Both the position numbers and the translations under genes were made by a program. Below are positions 1 to 9,877 of a stretch of DNA of 64,000 nt, in pieces. The notes below the pieces were generated by a model, which saw only the letters and a list, made by a program, of their open reading frames with translations, was not told the DNA's origin and made no database searches. The DNA comes from a virus: IMG/VR virus record IMGVR_UViG_3300032291_003205, positions 38,224-102,223 of that record. The stretch is one strand, 5' to 3'. Within the stretch, counting starts at the first letter, position 1, and each line of letters opens with the position of its first letter.

Positions 1-2
1 TA

Positions 3-179
3 GCAGACTCATCAGTATTTAACTCTCTTACCTCTAATGGTGGGCCTGTTGATGCTGTAGGAGGAACACAAGGAACACCTGGAGGGACATTTAATGGAAA
101 TATAGCATCAGTTCAGTGGAACATAGGTACTGCTTTTACTGATGCTCAAGTCTTACAAAACTATAACGCAACAAAATAA
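3..179 (+). CDS. 3' end of LamG/ConA-like domain protein (partial)
   Basis: Open frame from the window edge ending ...FNGNIASVQW...FTDAQVLQNYNATK*, the same C-terminal motif as the downstream LamG genes; TAATG overlap with the next gene. Confidence 0.75.
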   Translation, partial: ADSSVFNSLTSNGGPVDAVGGTQGTPGGTFNGNIASVQWNIGTAFTDAQVLQNYNATK

Positions 180-1732
180 TGAGTAGATTCGAAGGTCCAC
201 AAGGTATAATAACAAATGGTTTAGTATTAAACCTAGATGCAGGCGATCCGGATTCATACACTCGCTCACAACCTCCATATGTTGAGGTATTAGTTGTTGC
301 TGGTGGTGGTGGAGGTGGAACATATGCAGCCGGAGCTGGAGGCGGAGCAGGAGGTGTAATATACAACAGTGCATACCAACTAACATCAGCTGCTGCTGTT
401 ACTGTTACTGTAGGTGCTGGAGGAAATGGGGGTGTGTGGAGTGTTAGTAATTCTACCCAAGGATCTAATAGTGTATTTGGTTCATTAACTGCTGTCGGTG
501 GAGGATATGGAGGAACAGGTTGGATTACCCAAGCTGGAGGTAATGGCGGCTCTGGTGGTGGTGGTGGAGGGTATGATGGAAGTAACGGCACATTTACTGT
601 TGCTGGTGGTACAGGTACAGCAGGTCAAGGATTTAACGGAGGTTTAGGTAGAGGCATTAGTGGAAACAGAGGAGCAGGAGGTGGTGGAGGTGGAGCAAGT
701 ACTCAAGGTGGAGACTCTACTACAAACTCTGGAGGTAATGGTGCTAATGGCTTAGCATTTTCAATATCAGGTACATCAACATACTATGGTGGAGGTGGAG
801 GTGGAGGTGATTACGGTTCTGCTAATGGAGGTCAAGGCGGTTTAGGTGGTGGAGGAAACGTTAGTGGTGGCAATAGCAGTGGAATACCAGGATACCCCGG
901 TACAGCAAACACTGGTGGTGGAGGTGGTGGTTCTAGAAGCGCTACCTCAGATAGTTGGAATGGGGGTAATGGTGGTTCAGGCATCATCATAGTACGTTAC
1001 CCAGGCCTACCAGCAGCAACCGGAGGTACAATTACATATGTAAACGGATACACAATCCATACATTTACCTCTAGTGGAACATTTACTCCATTTTTATGGA
1101 ATGATGTGAGTGGGAATGGAAAAAATGCTACTTTTACAAATGGTGTTCCTAGTGATAGTTATGTAAACTACATTAAAGGAGGTTATATGAGTGGTTTTTC
1201 CACTGATGATTATTGGAATGTAGGAAATACTCCTTACGGAGTAATACCAACTGGAACTTCTACTAGAACAATATTTACTGCTTTTAGAACCCCTACCACT
1301 CTAAACTCAAACATTTATTACCATATATTTCATTACGGAACAGCTAATACTGACAATGCTTTTGGCTTAGCTATATATGGTAATTTACTCAATAATCACA
1401 CATGGGCTGGTAATTCTAATTTTTCTAATTTTACCTTAAGTGCTGATACTGATTATATAGTAGCTGTAAGATTTAATAATAGTAATTCTCCTAGAAATAA
1501 TTTCTTTATAAATGGAACTTTTGGAACTACAGGATTTGGCCAAGGCAAAACAGCAGATTATGCTATTAGTACAGGAACTAGTAATGAACCTAGAGTTGGG
1601 ATGCGTATTGATTCCCCAACAGAAGGTCTAAATAACGGTAGAGTGTATGCTCTATATATCTATAATAGTTATTTATCAGATGCTGAAATTACTCAGAATT
1701 ACAATGCTTTAAGGCCAAGGATAGGAATTTAA
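179..1732 (+). CDS. Glycine-rich + LamG-like virion adhesin / tail fibre protein
   Basis: IITNGLVLNLDAG start, phage glycine-rich domain (VLVVAGGGGGG...GGSGIIIVRY), LamG-like end (IYNSYLSDAEITQNYNA). Confidence 0.75.
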   Translation: MSRFEGPQGIITNGLVLNLDAGDPDSYTRSQPPYVEVLVVAGGGGGGTYAAGAGGGAGGVIYNSAYQLTSAAAVTVTVGAGGNGGVWSVSNSTQGSNSVFGSLTAVGGGYGGTGWITQAGGNGGSGGGGGGYDGSNGTFTVAGGTGTAGQGFNGGLGRGISGNRGAGGGGGGASTQGGDSTTNSGGNGANGLAFSISGTSTYYGGGGGGGDYGSANGGQGGLGGGGNVSGGNSSGIPGYPGTANTGGGGGGSRSATSDSWNGGNGGSGIIIVRYPGLPAATGGTITYVNGYTIHTFTSSGTFTPFLWNDVSGNGKNATFTNGVPSDSYVNYIKGGYMSGFSTDDYWNVGNTPYGVIPTGTSTRTIFTAFRTPTTLNSNIYYHIFHYGTANTDNAFGLAIYGNLLNNHTWAGNSNFSNFTLSADTDYIVAVRFNNSNSPRNNFFINGTFGTTGFGQGKTADYAISTGTSNEPRVGMRIDSPTEGLNNGRVYALYIYNSYLSDAEITQNYNALRPRIGI

Positions 1733-1754
1733 TTAATATTTATAATAAAATAAT

Positions 1755-2036
1755 ATGACAACACAAGAAGAGTATATTAACAGACGTTTTGTAATTTTCA
1801 ACGTTACAGAACTCCCCCTTATTGACTTTAATCAAGTCTACGAAACCTCAATTGACACAGTCCGTAAATCAGTTGATGGAACTCAAACATTTGTAAAATA
1901 CGATATACCAGAACCTTCATCAGTTACTGCTTTAACTACAAAATCTATAGAATACACATATGATGAGATTTTGCAAATTTTAGCTACACCAGAGTGGACA
2001 AACCCAGAACCATTCCCAACCGGTTCAATAGGTTAA
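1755..2036 (+). CDS. Small hypothetical protein among fibre genes (possible fibre chaperone)
   Basis: 93 aa ORF preceded by TATTTAT motif; position only. Confidence 0.55.
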   Translation: MTTQEEYINRRFVIFNVTELPLIDFNQVYETSIDTVRKSVDGTQTFVKYDIPEPSSVTALTTKSIEYTYDEILQILATPEWTNPEPFPTGSIG

Positions 2037-2040
2037 TTGA

Positions 2041-4362
2041 ATGTCTAGGCCTATAGCATATAATGCTTCGGGTCCTTTGTCTGGTAGTATTAGAGGAGGA
2101 TCTGTTAATTACACTGTAGATAGTGGTAATAGGGATTATACTACCTTTGCCTCTAAAAAATGGGTACCATCAGCAGATGGGGTTGCCCCAATTGTATTTG
2201 TAACAGATACTTATACTCAAGGGTTTGAACTTAATCCTAGTTTAGCTGTACCTTTATTTTTTTCATGTAATGGAACAGGTTCAGCAGCTATTTTATACAC
2301 GGCAAATCGTATACCGGGTTCACCAGGTAATTATAGTGATGCAAATGTTGCCTTAAATGATTTAATAAATGCTAGAGGTTATTTTATTTTAGAATCAAAT
2401 GATCCGTTTGAAGGAATAGATGCTGATGGGTTGGCTTTAGATTTAGATGCTGCTAAAATGTCTTCTTATCCTCAAGTAGGTACTAACTGGCGTGATTTAA
2501 GTGGTAATGGGAATACAGGAGCTTTAACTAATGGACCAACTTGGAATTCAAATGGGTGGTTTGATTTTGATGGGATTGATGATTATGGTTTAGCCAGTAG
2601 AACACCATCTATCTCTCCTACTTCCGGGATTACCCAAGAAGCTTTAGTAAATTTTGATGCCGATAGTGCAGTTATAATAGGATTACAGTATGGAGCTAGT
2701 TCAGATAACTCTTATGCTTTTTGGAGAGATGGTGCTAATTGGAATGGTCTAGTTAAAACATCCAGCGGAACTCAAGTTATACAATATAATCAAGTATTAA
2801 CTACTGGAAGATGGATTCATTTTTTACATACCTATAGTGGTTCAACTCAATATCTGTATGTAAATGGAACTCAAGTTGCCTCATCCGGAGTATCTGGTGG
2901 TGATATTATATATGATTCTAATAATAATGTAGTAGTAATTGGAGGTGATTTTAACTCAGGATATAATGCTGGATTAGCCCTACCTCTCAATGGTAAATTA
3001 GCCAAAGTAGGTATATACAGTAAAGGATTATCTCAAACAGAAATTAATCAAAACTACTTCGGTTCACCAATAGTCACAGACGGTCTAGTATTTGCTGTTG
3101 ATGCTAATAATATAGTATCATATCCTAAATCAGGAACAGCATGGTATAATTTAACTGGTAGTGTAGGTACAGGTACATTAACTAACGGACCTACATTTAA
3201 CATAAATAATGGTGGTTCTATTAGATTTGATGGAGTTGATGATTTTGTAAATATCCCATATAATTCTTCTTTAGATATTCCAACTGCTATTACTGTTGAA
3301 GTATGGGTAAAATATGCTTCTCAAGGAGAAATCGGTAGTGGTGGAAGAACATACTCCGTACTTAGTTATAAAGGATATCCATGGACATGGTTATTAGAGG
3401 ATATAAGTGGACAATTTAATTTTAGAATTTCAACAACATCCGATGGAGATAGTCGTCTTGATTCTAATTACTATCATGGGGTTGAACGTTGGGATCATGT
3501 AGCTTGTACTTATAACGGCTCAACTCAATCTATTTATGTAAATGGAATTTTACAAAACAGTAAAAGTTTAACAGGAACTATTATTACAAGTGGAACCACA
3601 ATTGAATTAGGAACATATGGTACAGGTGATTACAGTTTTAATGGATGGTTAGCCAATCACAGAGTATACAACAGAGCACTCTCAGCCGCCGAAGTTCAAC
3701 AAAACTACCAAGCCGAACAATACAGATTTGAAACACCAGCAGGCCCAGCAACAAATGGATTATTATTATATTGGGATGCAGGTAATTTAGATTCCTACCC
3801 AGGAACAGGTACTACAATTTATGATTTATCAGGAAATGGCAATAATGGTACTTTAGTAAATGGAGTAGGATATAATCAAACAAATGGTGGTGTATTAACT
3901 TTTGATGGTGTAGATGATGGTGTGTATTTAACCTCACTAAATTTATCAAGTACTAATAATACAGTAATGGGTGCTGCTCGTTATACAGGTACTACTCCTC
4001 ATGGAAGGATGATTAGTGCTTATAATAACAACTGGTTAATTGGGTGTTGGAATAACTCAACTGAAAATTATTATGCTCAAGGTTGGGTATCACCGGTTCA
4101 AAATGGAGCTAATGATACTAATTGGAGAATAGTAACTGCTTTAGGAGATGTAGGAGCTGATAGTTATACTTCATATATAAATAATACCCTTTCAGCTGGC
4201 CCTAATAATGGTGGATCACAAGGACCTGATGGTATTTTCATTAGTCCATCATCTGAACCAAGTACAGGCCAATTTAGTTTCTTATTAGTGTACAACAGAG
4301 TACTTACCGCAGCAGAAATGACTCAAAACTACAATTACTTTAAAGGAAGATTCGGACTCTAA
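2041..4362 (+). CDS. Triple LamG/ConA-like domain protein (adhesin / fibre)
   Basis: Three modules each with GLVxxxDA, SYPxxGTxWxDLSGNGN, FDGxDD and QNY motifs. Confidence 0.8.
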   Translation: MSRPIAYNASGPLSGSIRGGSVNYTVDSGNRDYTTFASKKWVPSADGVAPIVFVTDTYTQGFELNPSLAVPLFFSCNGTGSAAILYTANRIPGSPGNYSDANVALNDLINARGYFILESNDPFEGIDADGLALDLDAAKMSSYPQVGTNWRDLSGNGNTGALTNGPTWNSNGWFDFDGIDDYGLASRTPSISPTSGITQEALVNFDADSAVIIGLQYGASSDNSYAFWRDGANWNGLVKTSSGTQVIQYNQVLTTGRWIHFLHTYSGSTQYLYVNGTQVASSGVSGGDIIYDSNNNVVVIGGDFNSGYNAGLALPLNGKLAKVGIYSKGLSQTEINQNYFGSPIVTDGLVFAVDANNIVSYPKSGTAWYNLTGSVGTGTLTNGPTFNINNGGSIRFDGVDDFVNIPYNSSLDIPTAITVEVWVKYASQGEIGSGGRTYSVLSYKGYPWTWLLEDISGQFNFRISTTSDGDSRLDSNYYHGVERWDHVACTYNGSTQSIYVNGILQNSKSLTGTIITSGTTIELGTYGTGDYSFNGWLANHRVYNRALSAAEVQQNYQAEQYRFETPAGPATNGLLLYWDAGNLDSYPGTGTTIYDLSGNGNNGTLVNGVGYNQTNGGVLTFDGVDDGVYLTSLNLSSTNNTVMGAARYTGTTPHGRMISAYNNNWLIGCWNNSTENYYAQGWVSPVQNGANDTNWRIVTALGDVGADSYTSYINNTLSAGPNNGGSQGPDGIFISPSSEPSTGQFSFLLVYNRVLTAAEMTQNYNYFKGRFGL

Positions 4363-6746
4363 TGCCACAACCAGTATCATATAACCCCGGAACACCAGTA
4401 TCAGGTAGTATACAAGAAAACAGTATATCATATGTTGTTGATGGTCAAAACCGTAACTACAGAGGTGGTTTCGGAGGACTATCTTGGATGAGTGAAGTAC
4501 CGGCGGCCAACAATGTTATTTTTATAGGTAACTCTGTTAGTTTAGGTAGAGGACCAGCTAACATACCTTTATTTTATCCTTCATATAATAACAGTGCGGC
4601 CAATATTATTTATGCCGCTAATACATTACCGGGTTCACCTAGGAATTTTACAACTACCGCAAGTGCTTATAACTGGGCAGTAACAAATAATTTCTTTATT
4701 AATAATTCTGATAATCCTATTCCTAGAATTGATGCTGATAGTATGTTTTTGTGTTTAGATGCTGAACAAGCAACTTCATTCCCACAAACAGGAACTAGTT
4801 GGTATGATATGAGTGGGGCAAATTATACAGTTACAGGTACTAATAATCCTACTTGGAATTATAATAATGGTAAATCATATTGGCAATTTGATGGTACAGA
4901 TGATTATTTTGCATTTTCCTCAACACCCCCAATAGCTCAAAGCACATATACATCAACTGTTGAAATTTGGGCTAAATCAATTAATAATGTTCCAACATTT
5001 CAAGTAATGTTTGGTGGTGGTGTACAAAATACAAACCAAGGATATTATTATGGTTTTAGACAAGATAATGCAAATTTTATGTATGCTTTCTATGCTAATG
5101 ACCAAGATGGATCTACACCAAGAGATAATAGAGTTTGGAATCACTATGTGGCTGTTTATAATCAAGCCACTGGAGCAAGATACAGGTATTTTAATGGGGA
5201 ATTATTATCTCCATCCCAAGCATCGGGAGTAACTGCTACTTCAGCTAATAGTTTTACTATTGGTGCTTTTAAAGATGTTAATACTGGACCTCAATACTTC
5301 TATAATGGGTATATTTCTAAAGTTAGAGGATACAGTAAAGAATTAACTCAAGCTGAAATTAAACAAAATTATTTCCAAGGTAATATTGTTACTGGTAGTT
5401 TAGTATTCATGATGGATGCTAATAATATAATTTCATATGAAAGTTCAGGTACCCTAGTCTATTCATTAACAGGTTCATTAAGTGGTTCATTAATAAATGG
5501 AGTTGGATATAATACAGGAAATGGAGGCAGTTGGGTATTTGATGGAACAGATGATTATATTAATTTTGGTCCTTTAGCAACAAATTCACCATTATCATTT
5601 ACAAATGGTAATTTTACATTAGAACATTGGATTAAACCAACATCTCTTCAAAGTAGTACATATTTTGGTTTAACTAATATAATATTATCTAAAGGTCCAG
5701 CTAGTACATTCAATTATGCAACCCAAGTTGTTGATGCTACAAGTGTTAGGTTTTATCATAGAGATAATAATGAAGGTTTATCTAATAATACATTTACAGT
5801 TCCTAATTTATTAAATGCATGTACCCATCTAGTGTTTGTTATTAATCCAGCAGGAACTCAAATTACTTTATATATGAATGGTATTTTACAGCAAACACAA
5901 AATTTAACTGGAAATCCTATAACCCCCTATACAAATGATGAACTACTTATTGGTAGTCACTATGGACAGCAATATACTAACTTTATTGGTAACATTTATA
6001 CAAATAGAATATACAGTAGAGCACTCACCTCAGATGAAGTCCAACAAAACTACCAAGCAACCAAAGATAAATTCCTAGGTGAAAACATAGTAACAAACGG
6101 ATTAGTACTTAATTTAGATTCTGCTAATAAAGATTCATATCCTGGAACAGGAACAACATGGTATGATTTAAGTGGAAATGGAAATAACGGTACTTTACAA
6201 AATGGACCCTTGTTTATACCTAATCAAAATAGTGGTGTTTTATCATTTGATGGAGCAGATGATTTTGGGACAGCTGGTAGCTTTTTTACATATCAAGCAT
6301 TCACAATTAATTTATGGATTAGACCAGGTTCATCTCAAACAACATATGCTGATATAATTGATAATAACCATACAGGAACCCAGAACTGGGTATGTCAACA
6401 AAATGAAAATAACCTAAACCAATATGAATTTGCGGTACTTGGTGGGGGAGGTGCTTTTAGTACAACAGGATTATTCACATTAACTTCAAATATATGGGTT
6501 AATTTAACTTTTACTTATGATGGTGACAAAGTAAGAGGATATAATAACGGATCTTTATTTGGAACTGGTATTTCTCTAGGTACTACTATTAACTATGTTG
6601 CTCCTACTTTTAACATAGGTAGATGGAATCTTGGAGGTAGAAATTGGAATGGACAGTATGGTATAATAAATGTTTATAACAGAACATTATCTGCAGCAGA
6701 AATAACTCAAAACTATAATGCTGCCAAAACAAGATTTGGCCTTTAA
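4362..6746 (+). CDS. Triple LamG/ConA-like domain protein, paralog of 2041..4362
   Basis: Homologous N-terminal domain and three LamG modules; ends QNYNAAKTRFGL. Confidence 0.8.
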   Translation: MPQPVSYNPGTPVSGSIQENSISYVVDGQNRNYRGGFGGLSWMSEVPAANNVIFIGNSVSLGRGPANIPLFYPSYNNSAANIIYAANTLPGSPRNFTTTASAYNWAVTNNFFINNSDNPIPRIDADSMFLCLDAEQATSFPQTGTSWYDMSGANYTVTGTNNPTWNYNNGKSYWQFDGTDDYFAFSSTPPIAQSTYTSTVEIWAKSINNVPTFQVMFGGGVQNTNQGYYYGFRQDNANFMYAFYANDQDGSTPRDNRVWNHYVAVYNQATGARYRYFNGELLSPSQASGVTATSANSFTIGAFKDVNTGPQYFYNGYISKVRGYSKELTQAEIKQNYFQGNIVTGSLVFMMDANNIISYESSGTLVYSLTGSLSGSLINGVGYNTGNGGSWVFDGTDDYINFGPLATNSPLSFTNGNFTLEHWIKPTSLQSSTYFGLTNIILSKGPASTFNYATQVVDATSVRFYHRDNNEGLSNNTFTVPNLLNACTHLVFVINPAGTQITLYMNGILQQTQNLTGNPITPYTNDELLIGSHYGQQYTNFIGNIYTNRIYSRALTSDEVQQNYQATKDKFLGENIVTNGLVLNLDSANKDSYPGTGTTWYDLSGNGNNGTLQNGPLFIPNQNSGVLSFDGADDFGTAGSFFTYQAFTINLWIRPGSSQTTYADIIDNNHTGTQNWVCQQNENNLNQYEFAVLGGGGAFSTTGLFTLTSNIWVNLTFTYDGDKVRGYNNGSLFGTGISLGTTINYVAPTFNIGRWNLGGRNWNGQYGIINVYNRTLSAAEITQNYNAAKTRFGL

Positions 6747-6747
6747 C

Positions 6748-6778
6748 TTGGCTTCCTAAAATATTATCATTATATTAC
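6748..6778 (+). promoter_or_regulatory. Bacteroidota-type promoter TTG-N20-TATATTAC
   Basis: Matches the repeated motif; resembles Bacteroidota -33 TTTG / -7 TAnnTTTG. Confidence 0.55.
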
Positions 6779-6810
6779 ACTATCAATTAAGTTTGATGAT
6801 ATTTATGTCT

Positions 6811-6999
6811 ATGACTAACGAAGAGCTAATCGAGGAATTGTACCACAAAGCTCATGCAAAGGGTTTCTTTCATGAGTTACATGAGAAAGTAAAAGAAGTA
6901 AAACAAAGTGGTATAAAAGAGTGTGAACATAGATTAGTTCAAAGAGCATATAGTGAGCTTAAAAAAATTAAGCTTGCATTACCTACCCCACAAATTTAA
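6811..6999 (+). CDS. Hypothetical protein
   Basis: ORF; start uncertain (6805 or 6811), after TATTTAT motif. Confidence 0.55.
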   Translation: MTNEELIEELYHKAHAKGFFHELHEKVKEVKQSGIKECEHRLVQRAYSELKKIKLALPTPQI

Positions 7000-7041
7000 T
7001 CCGTATATACGAACCCCATAAAATAAATAAGTTATAAATTC

Positions 7042-8055
7042 ATGATTGATAAACAAAAGGTATGTATTATAATAGGTAGTTACCCCCAAAACTATAAAGA
7101 TAATACTTTACTTGGATTAACAATTGAAAGTTTTAAGTCCCAAGGCTATGATATATGTTTAGTATCTCATTCCCCAATTAACCAAGAACTACAACAAGCA
7201 AGCAAATTTACAATATATTCAGATGAAAACCAAATACTAAATTTTCCAACACCATCAGTGGTGACAGAATTTTGTGATGGAGATGATTTAAGATTCCAGA
7301 CCAACCACGGAAATAGGGTTGGACAGCATTCATTTGCTGTTTTAATGAATCTAAAAAATGGGCTATGGTTATTGAAAAATAAAAAATACACTCATTTTAT
7401 TTATGCTGAAAATGATACATTTTTAACTAGTAAGGATCAAAAATTATTAGAAAATAAATTAGAGGAATTTAATTTTATGGAAAATGATTATTGGTTTATG
7501 CTTGAGAACCAACATACACAACTGGTGGCAACATCAATGTTTGGGGGAAAAATTGATGTATTTTCGGATACATTGGATTCAATTAATTCCCCCGAGGATT
7601 ATCTTAAAGTTGAGGCCTCGTCTTTAGAGGCATTTATGGGTAAATTATTTACTAATAAGGATTATTATTATGATGTTAAACCTAGGGATTTGTTTGAGAG
7701 TAAATGGCTAGGAATTTCTAGTTATTGCTCTATTAATTTTCCAGGTATTGACAGTAAGTTAACAGTAATGGTTGATATTGTTAGGAATTTAAAGGATGAA
7801 GAAAATGTGTTTTTTATTGTAAATAAAAACGATAATGTAGAGGAGGTAAATGTAAGGCTTTATAGAGATAACCAAATAGCTACAACAACTGATATAAAAA
7901 CAGGTCCGTTGTATTATTGGGGGTATCAAAAACAAGATACTAACATTTGGAAGATGGAGGTGTGGATGAATGATAAAATTATATCTCAAGTTGAAAGAAC
8001 AACTGAGGAAATATTTTGGAACCGAATGTCTTATTTTGAAATTAAAAACAATTAA
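7042..8055 (+). CDS. Hypothetical protein, possible GT-A-like glycosyltransferase
   Basis: ICLVSHSP motif and YTHFIYAENDT (DxD-like) segment. Confidence 0.4.
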   Translation: MIDKQKVCIIIGSYPQNYKDNTLLGLTIESFKSQGYDICLVSHSPINQELQQASKFTIYSDENQILNFPTPSVVTEFCDGDDLRFQTNHGNRVGQHSFAVLMNLKNGLWLLKNKKYTHFIYAENDTFLTSKDQKLLENKLEEFNFMENDYWFMLENQHTQLVATSMFGGKIDVFSDTLDSINSPEDYLKVEASSLEAFMGKLFTNKDYYYDVKPRDLFESKWLGISSYCSINFPGIDSKLTVMVDIVRNLKDEENVFFIVNKNDNVEEVNVRLYRDNQIATTTDIKTGPLYYWGYQKQDTNIWKMEVWMNDKIISQVERTTEEIFWNRMSYFEIKNN

Positions 8056-8059
8056 TAAA

Positions 8060-8782
8060 ATGAATATAAAAGATAGATTATTATTGATAGCCGCTAGTTT
8101 TGCACTAGGGTGGTTATTAGTTGACGCAACTACAATGTCTATTAGTTCCGCGGCCCTAAACAGTACGTTGGTTATAGACACTATTAAACACGTTAAACCA
8201 CAGGACACCGTTGGAGCTAGTGTCCAACAGGACACTATTGTGGATGTTAAAGGTAAAAATGTACTGTTTATAGGGGATTCACATACGGCCGCAGACTACG
8301 GATGGCAACACCAACTGTGTAAAAAAACACAAATGAGGTACTTAAACACAGCCGTTGGAGGTAAACAAACTGGATGGATGTTGGAGGTAGCTAAACTGCA
8401 TGTTAATTCAGGATACGATTACTGTTTTATTTACGGAGGGGCAAATGATATGGCAGGTAATAGAGCTCCTATTAAATCAGTTAAAAATATACAAAAGATT
8501 GTAAACATGTGTTTGGCAAAACAAGTAACACCAATTGTGTTAACAGGTTTTGATCCAGTAAGTTGTATTAATGTTAACGGCCGAGATGTATACAAAGGAT
8601 ATCCACAACGCTATGCCAAGTTTCAACAACTGTTAGTTGATTCGATTGTAGGGGCTAAAGTATTGAAAACACATTGTATTTCAAGGACCGATTGTGGAGA
8701 CTTTTTATGCCACATGACAGCCTCAGGTCATAGGAAGATGACAAGCTTTATTATTTTAGCTTGTAGATTTAAAACATATTAA
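8060..8782 (+). CDS. SGNH/GDSL hydrolase with N-terminal membrane anchor
   Basis: FIGDSHT, YGGAND and DFLCH (DxxH-like) blocks; likely start 8060. Confidence 0.8.
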   Translation: MNIKDRLLLIAASFALGWLLVDATTMSISSAALNSTLVIDTIKHVKPQDTVGASVQQDTIVDVKGKNVLFIGDSHTAADYGWQHQLCKKTQMRYLNTAVGGKQTGWMLEVAKLHVNSGYDYCFIYGGANDMAGNRAPIKSVKNIQKIVNMCLAKQVTPIVLTGFDPVSCINVNGRDVYKGYPQRYAKFQQLLVDSIVGAKVLKTHCISRTDCGDFLCHMTASGHRKMTSFIILACRFKTY

Positions 8783-8798
8783 TTATATTTAGGTGATT

Positions 8799-8945
8799 AT
8801 GTGGTTACAGAATAATTTTAAATTAGTTATGATTGGTGGGTTGGCTTTAATACTAGGTTTAAGTTTTATGGGTGCTAGGCAAACTCATAAAGAAATTAAG
8901 AAGGGCGAGGCCCAATGGTTATTAAAAAAGAAGAAAAATAAATGA
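8799..8945 (+). CDS. Small membrane protein (48 aa, not in ORF track)
   Basis: MWLQNNFKLVMIGGLALILGLSF...; ATGA overlap with next gene. Confidence 0.5.
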   Translation: MWLQNNFKLVMIGGLALILGLSFMGARQTHKEIKKGEAQWLLKKKKNK

Positions 8946-9808
8946 AAAAAATTATAGCACTGTTAATGCTTTTGGTCTCCTTAGCATCAGTGAACGCAAA
9001 ATGTGATTGGAGCTCACTAAAACTCCAACAATGGAACAATCGTAATTACTATAAATGGTATGTGAGTGGAAAAGCATTAGATGACACTTGTGTTGATTGG
9101 ATGTTTATGATTTACGATTTTCAAACCAAGAAAACCGACACTGTATGGGACAACAAAGGTATTTGTGAAGTTCAATTCAACAAAAAAGGTAAATACAAAA
9201 TGTATTTGAAGGTTTGGAACAGATGTAAAAAGTGTGATACAGCATTGTTTCGTGAAGTAAATATTATCTATTTTCCTAAATGCACATTTACTTATGGGAT
9301 GAGAAGTTCTAAAGGTAATAATTGTGCTGATAGTATGGTCGGTGAAATGAGTTTAGGACCTTGGACTAAAGGTGATACTTGTTGGCAGTGGTGGTCTTAT
9401 ATTTACAATAGTAAAGAATTAAATGACTTATCACAGAGTGATTGGGATTCAATGAGTAATGAGCAATTATATAACTACTACGATTTTAACGATACTGGAA
9501 TGATATTTTATCAGGGTCCAACAAATGCTGCTCGTAGGATTGAATACAAATTCCCACGCGATGGAAAATACTTGGTAGTAACTCAATGGTATAACAAATG
9601 TTTAAGTCAAGATACGTTCTTCTTTACTCGTATTACTGTTAAATGTAGTAAAGTAACAAGTGTTGAGAAAATTGTTAAGAATGAGAATTTAAAAATAATT
9701 GGTTACTATGATATGATTGGCCGTAAGGTTGAGTATATGGAAGTTGATAAACCATATGTTATTATTTATAGTAATGGTAAGCGTCAAAAAGTAATTAGAA
9801 CAAAATAA
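8942..9808 (+). CDS. Secreted protein with two PKD-like repeats and a T9SS-like C-terminal domain
   Basis: Signal peptide; repeats FNKKGKYKMYLKVWNRC / FPRDGKYLVVTQWYNKC; C-terminal YYDMIGRKV...YVIIYSNGKRQKVI. Confidence 0.6.
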   Translation: MKKIIALLMLLVSLASVNAKCDWSSLKLQQWNNRNYYKWYVSGKALDDTCVDWMFMIYDFQTKKTDTVWDNKGICEVQFNKKGKYKMYLKVWNRCKKCDTALFREVNIIYFPKCTFTYGMRSSKGNNCADSMVGEMSLGPWTKGDTCWQWWSYIYNSKELNDLSQSDWDSMSNEQLYNYYDFNDTGMIFYQGPTNAARRIEYKFPRDGKYLVVTQWYNKCLSQDTFFFTRITVKCSKVTSVEKIVKNENLKIIGYYDMIGRKVEYMEVDKPYVIIYSNGKRQKVIRTK

Positions 9809-9827
9809 TTTAAAAATATTTCATAAG

Positions 9828-9853
9828 AGGGTTGGCTTTTGCCAACCCTTTTT
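9828..9853 (+). terminator. Intrinsic terminator overlapping next promoter
   Basis: AGGGTTGGC-TTTT-GCCAACCCT followed by T run. Confidence 0.75.
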
Positions 9854-9862
9854 GTATATTCA
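9832..9862 (+). promoter_or_regulatory. Promoter TTG-N20-TATATTCA
   Basis: Repeated motif. Confidence 0.7.
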
Positions 9863-9877
9863 CGTATAATAAAAGTT

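Noticed and set aside
136-591. Pro-rich minus-strand ORF and all other minus-strand ORFs in the track
   Set aside because: Antisense shadows of + strand genes or RNAs (e.g. Gly codons read as Pro); no motifs or promoters
179-6746. Diversity-generating retroelement acting on the LamG genes
   Set aside because: No reverse transcriptase in the window and no TR/VR pair with adenine-specific differences seen
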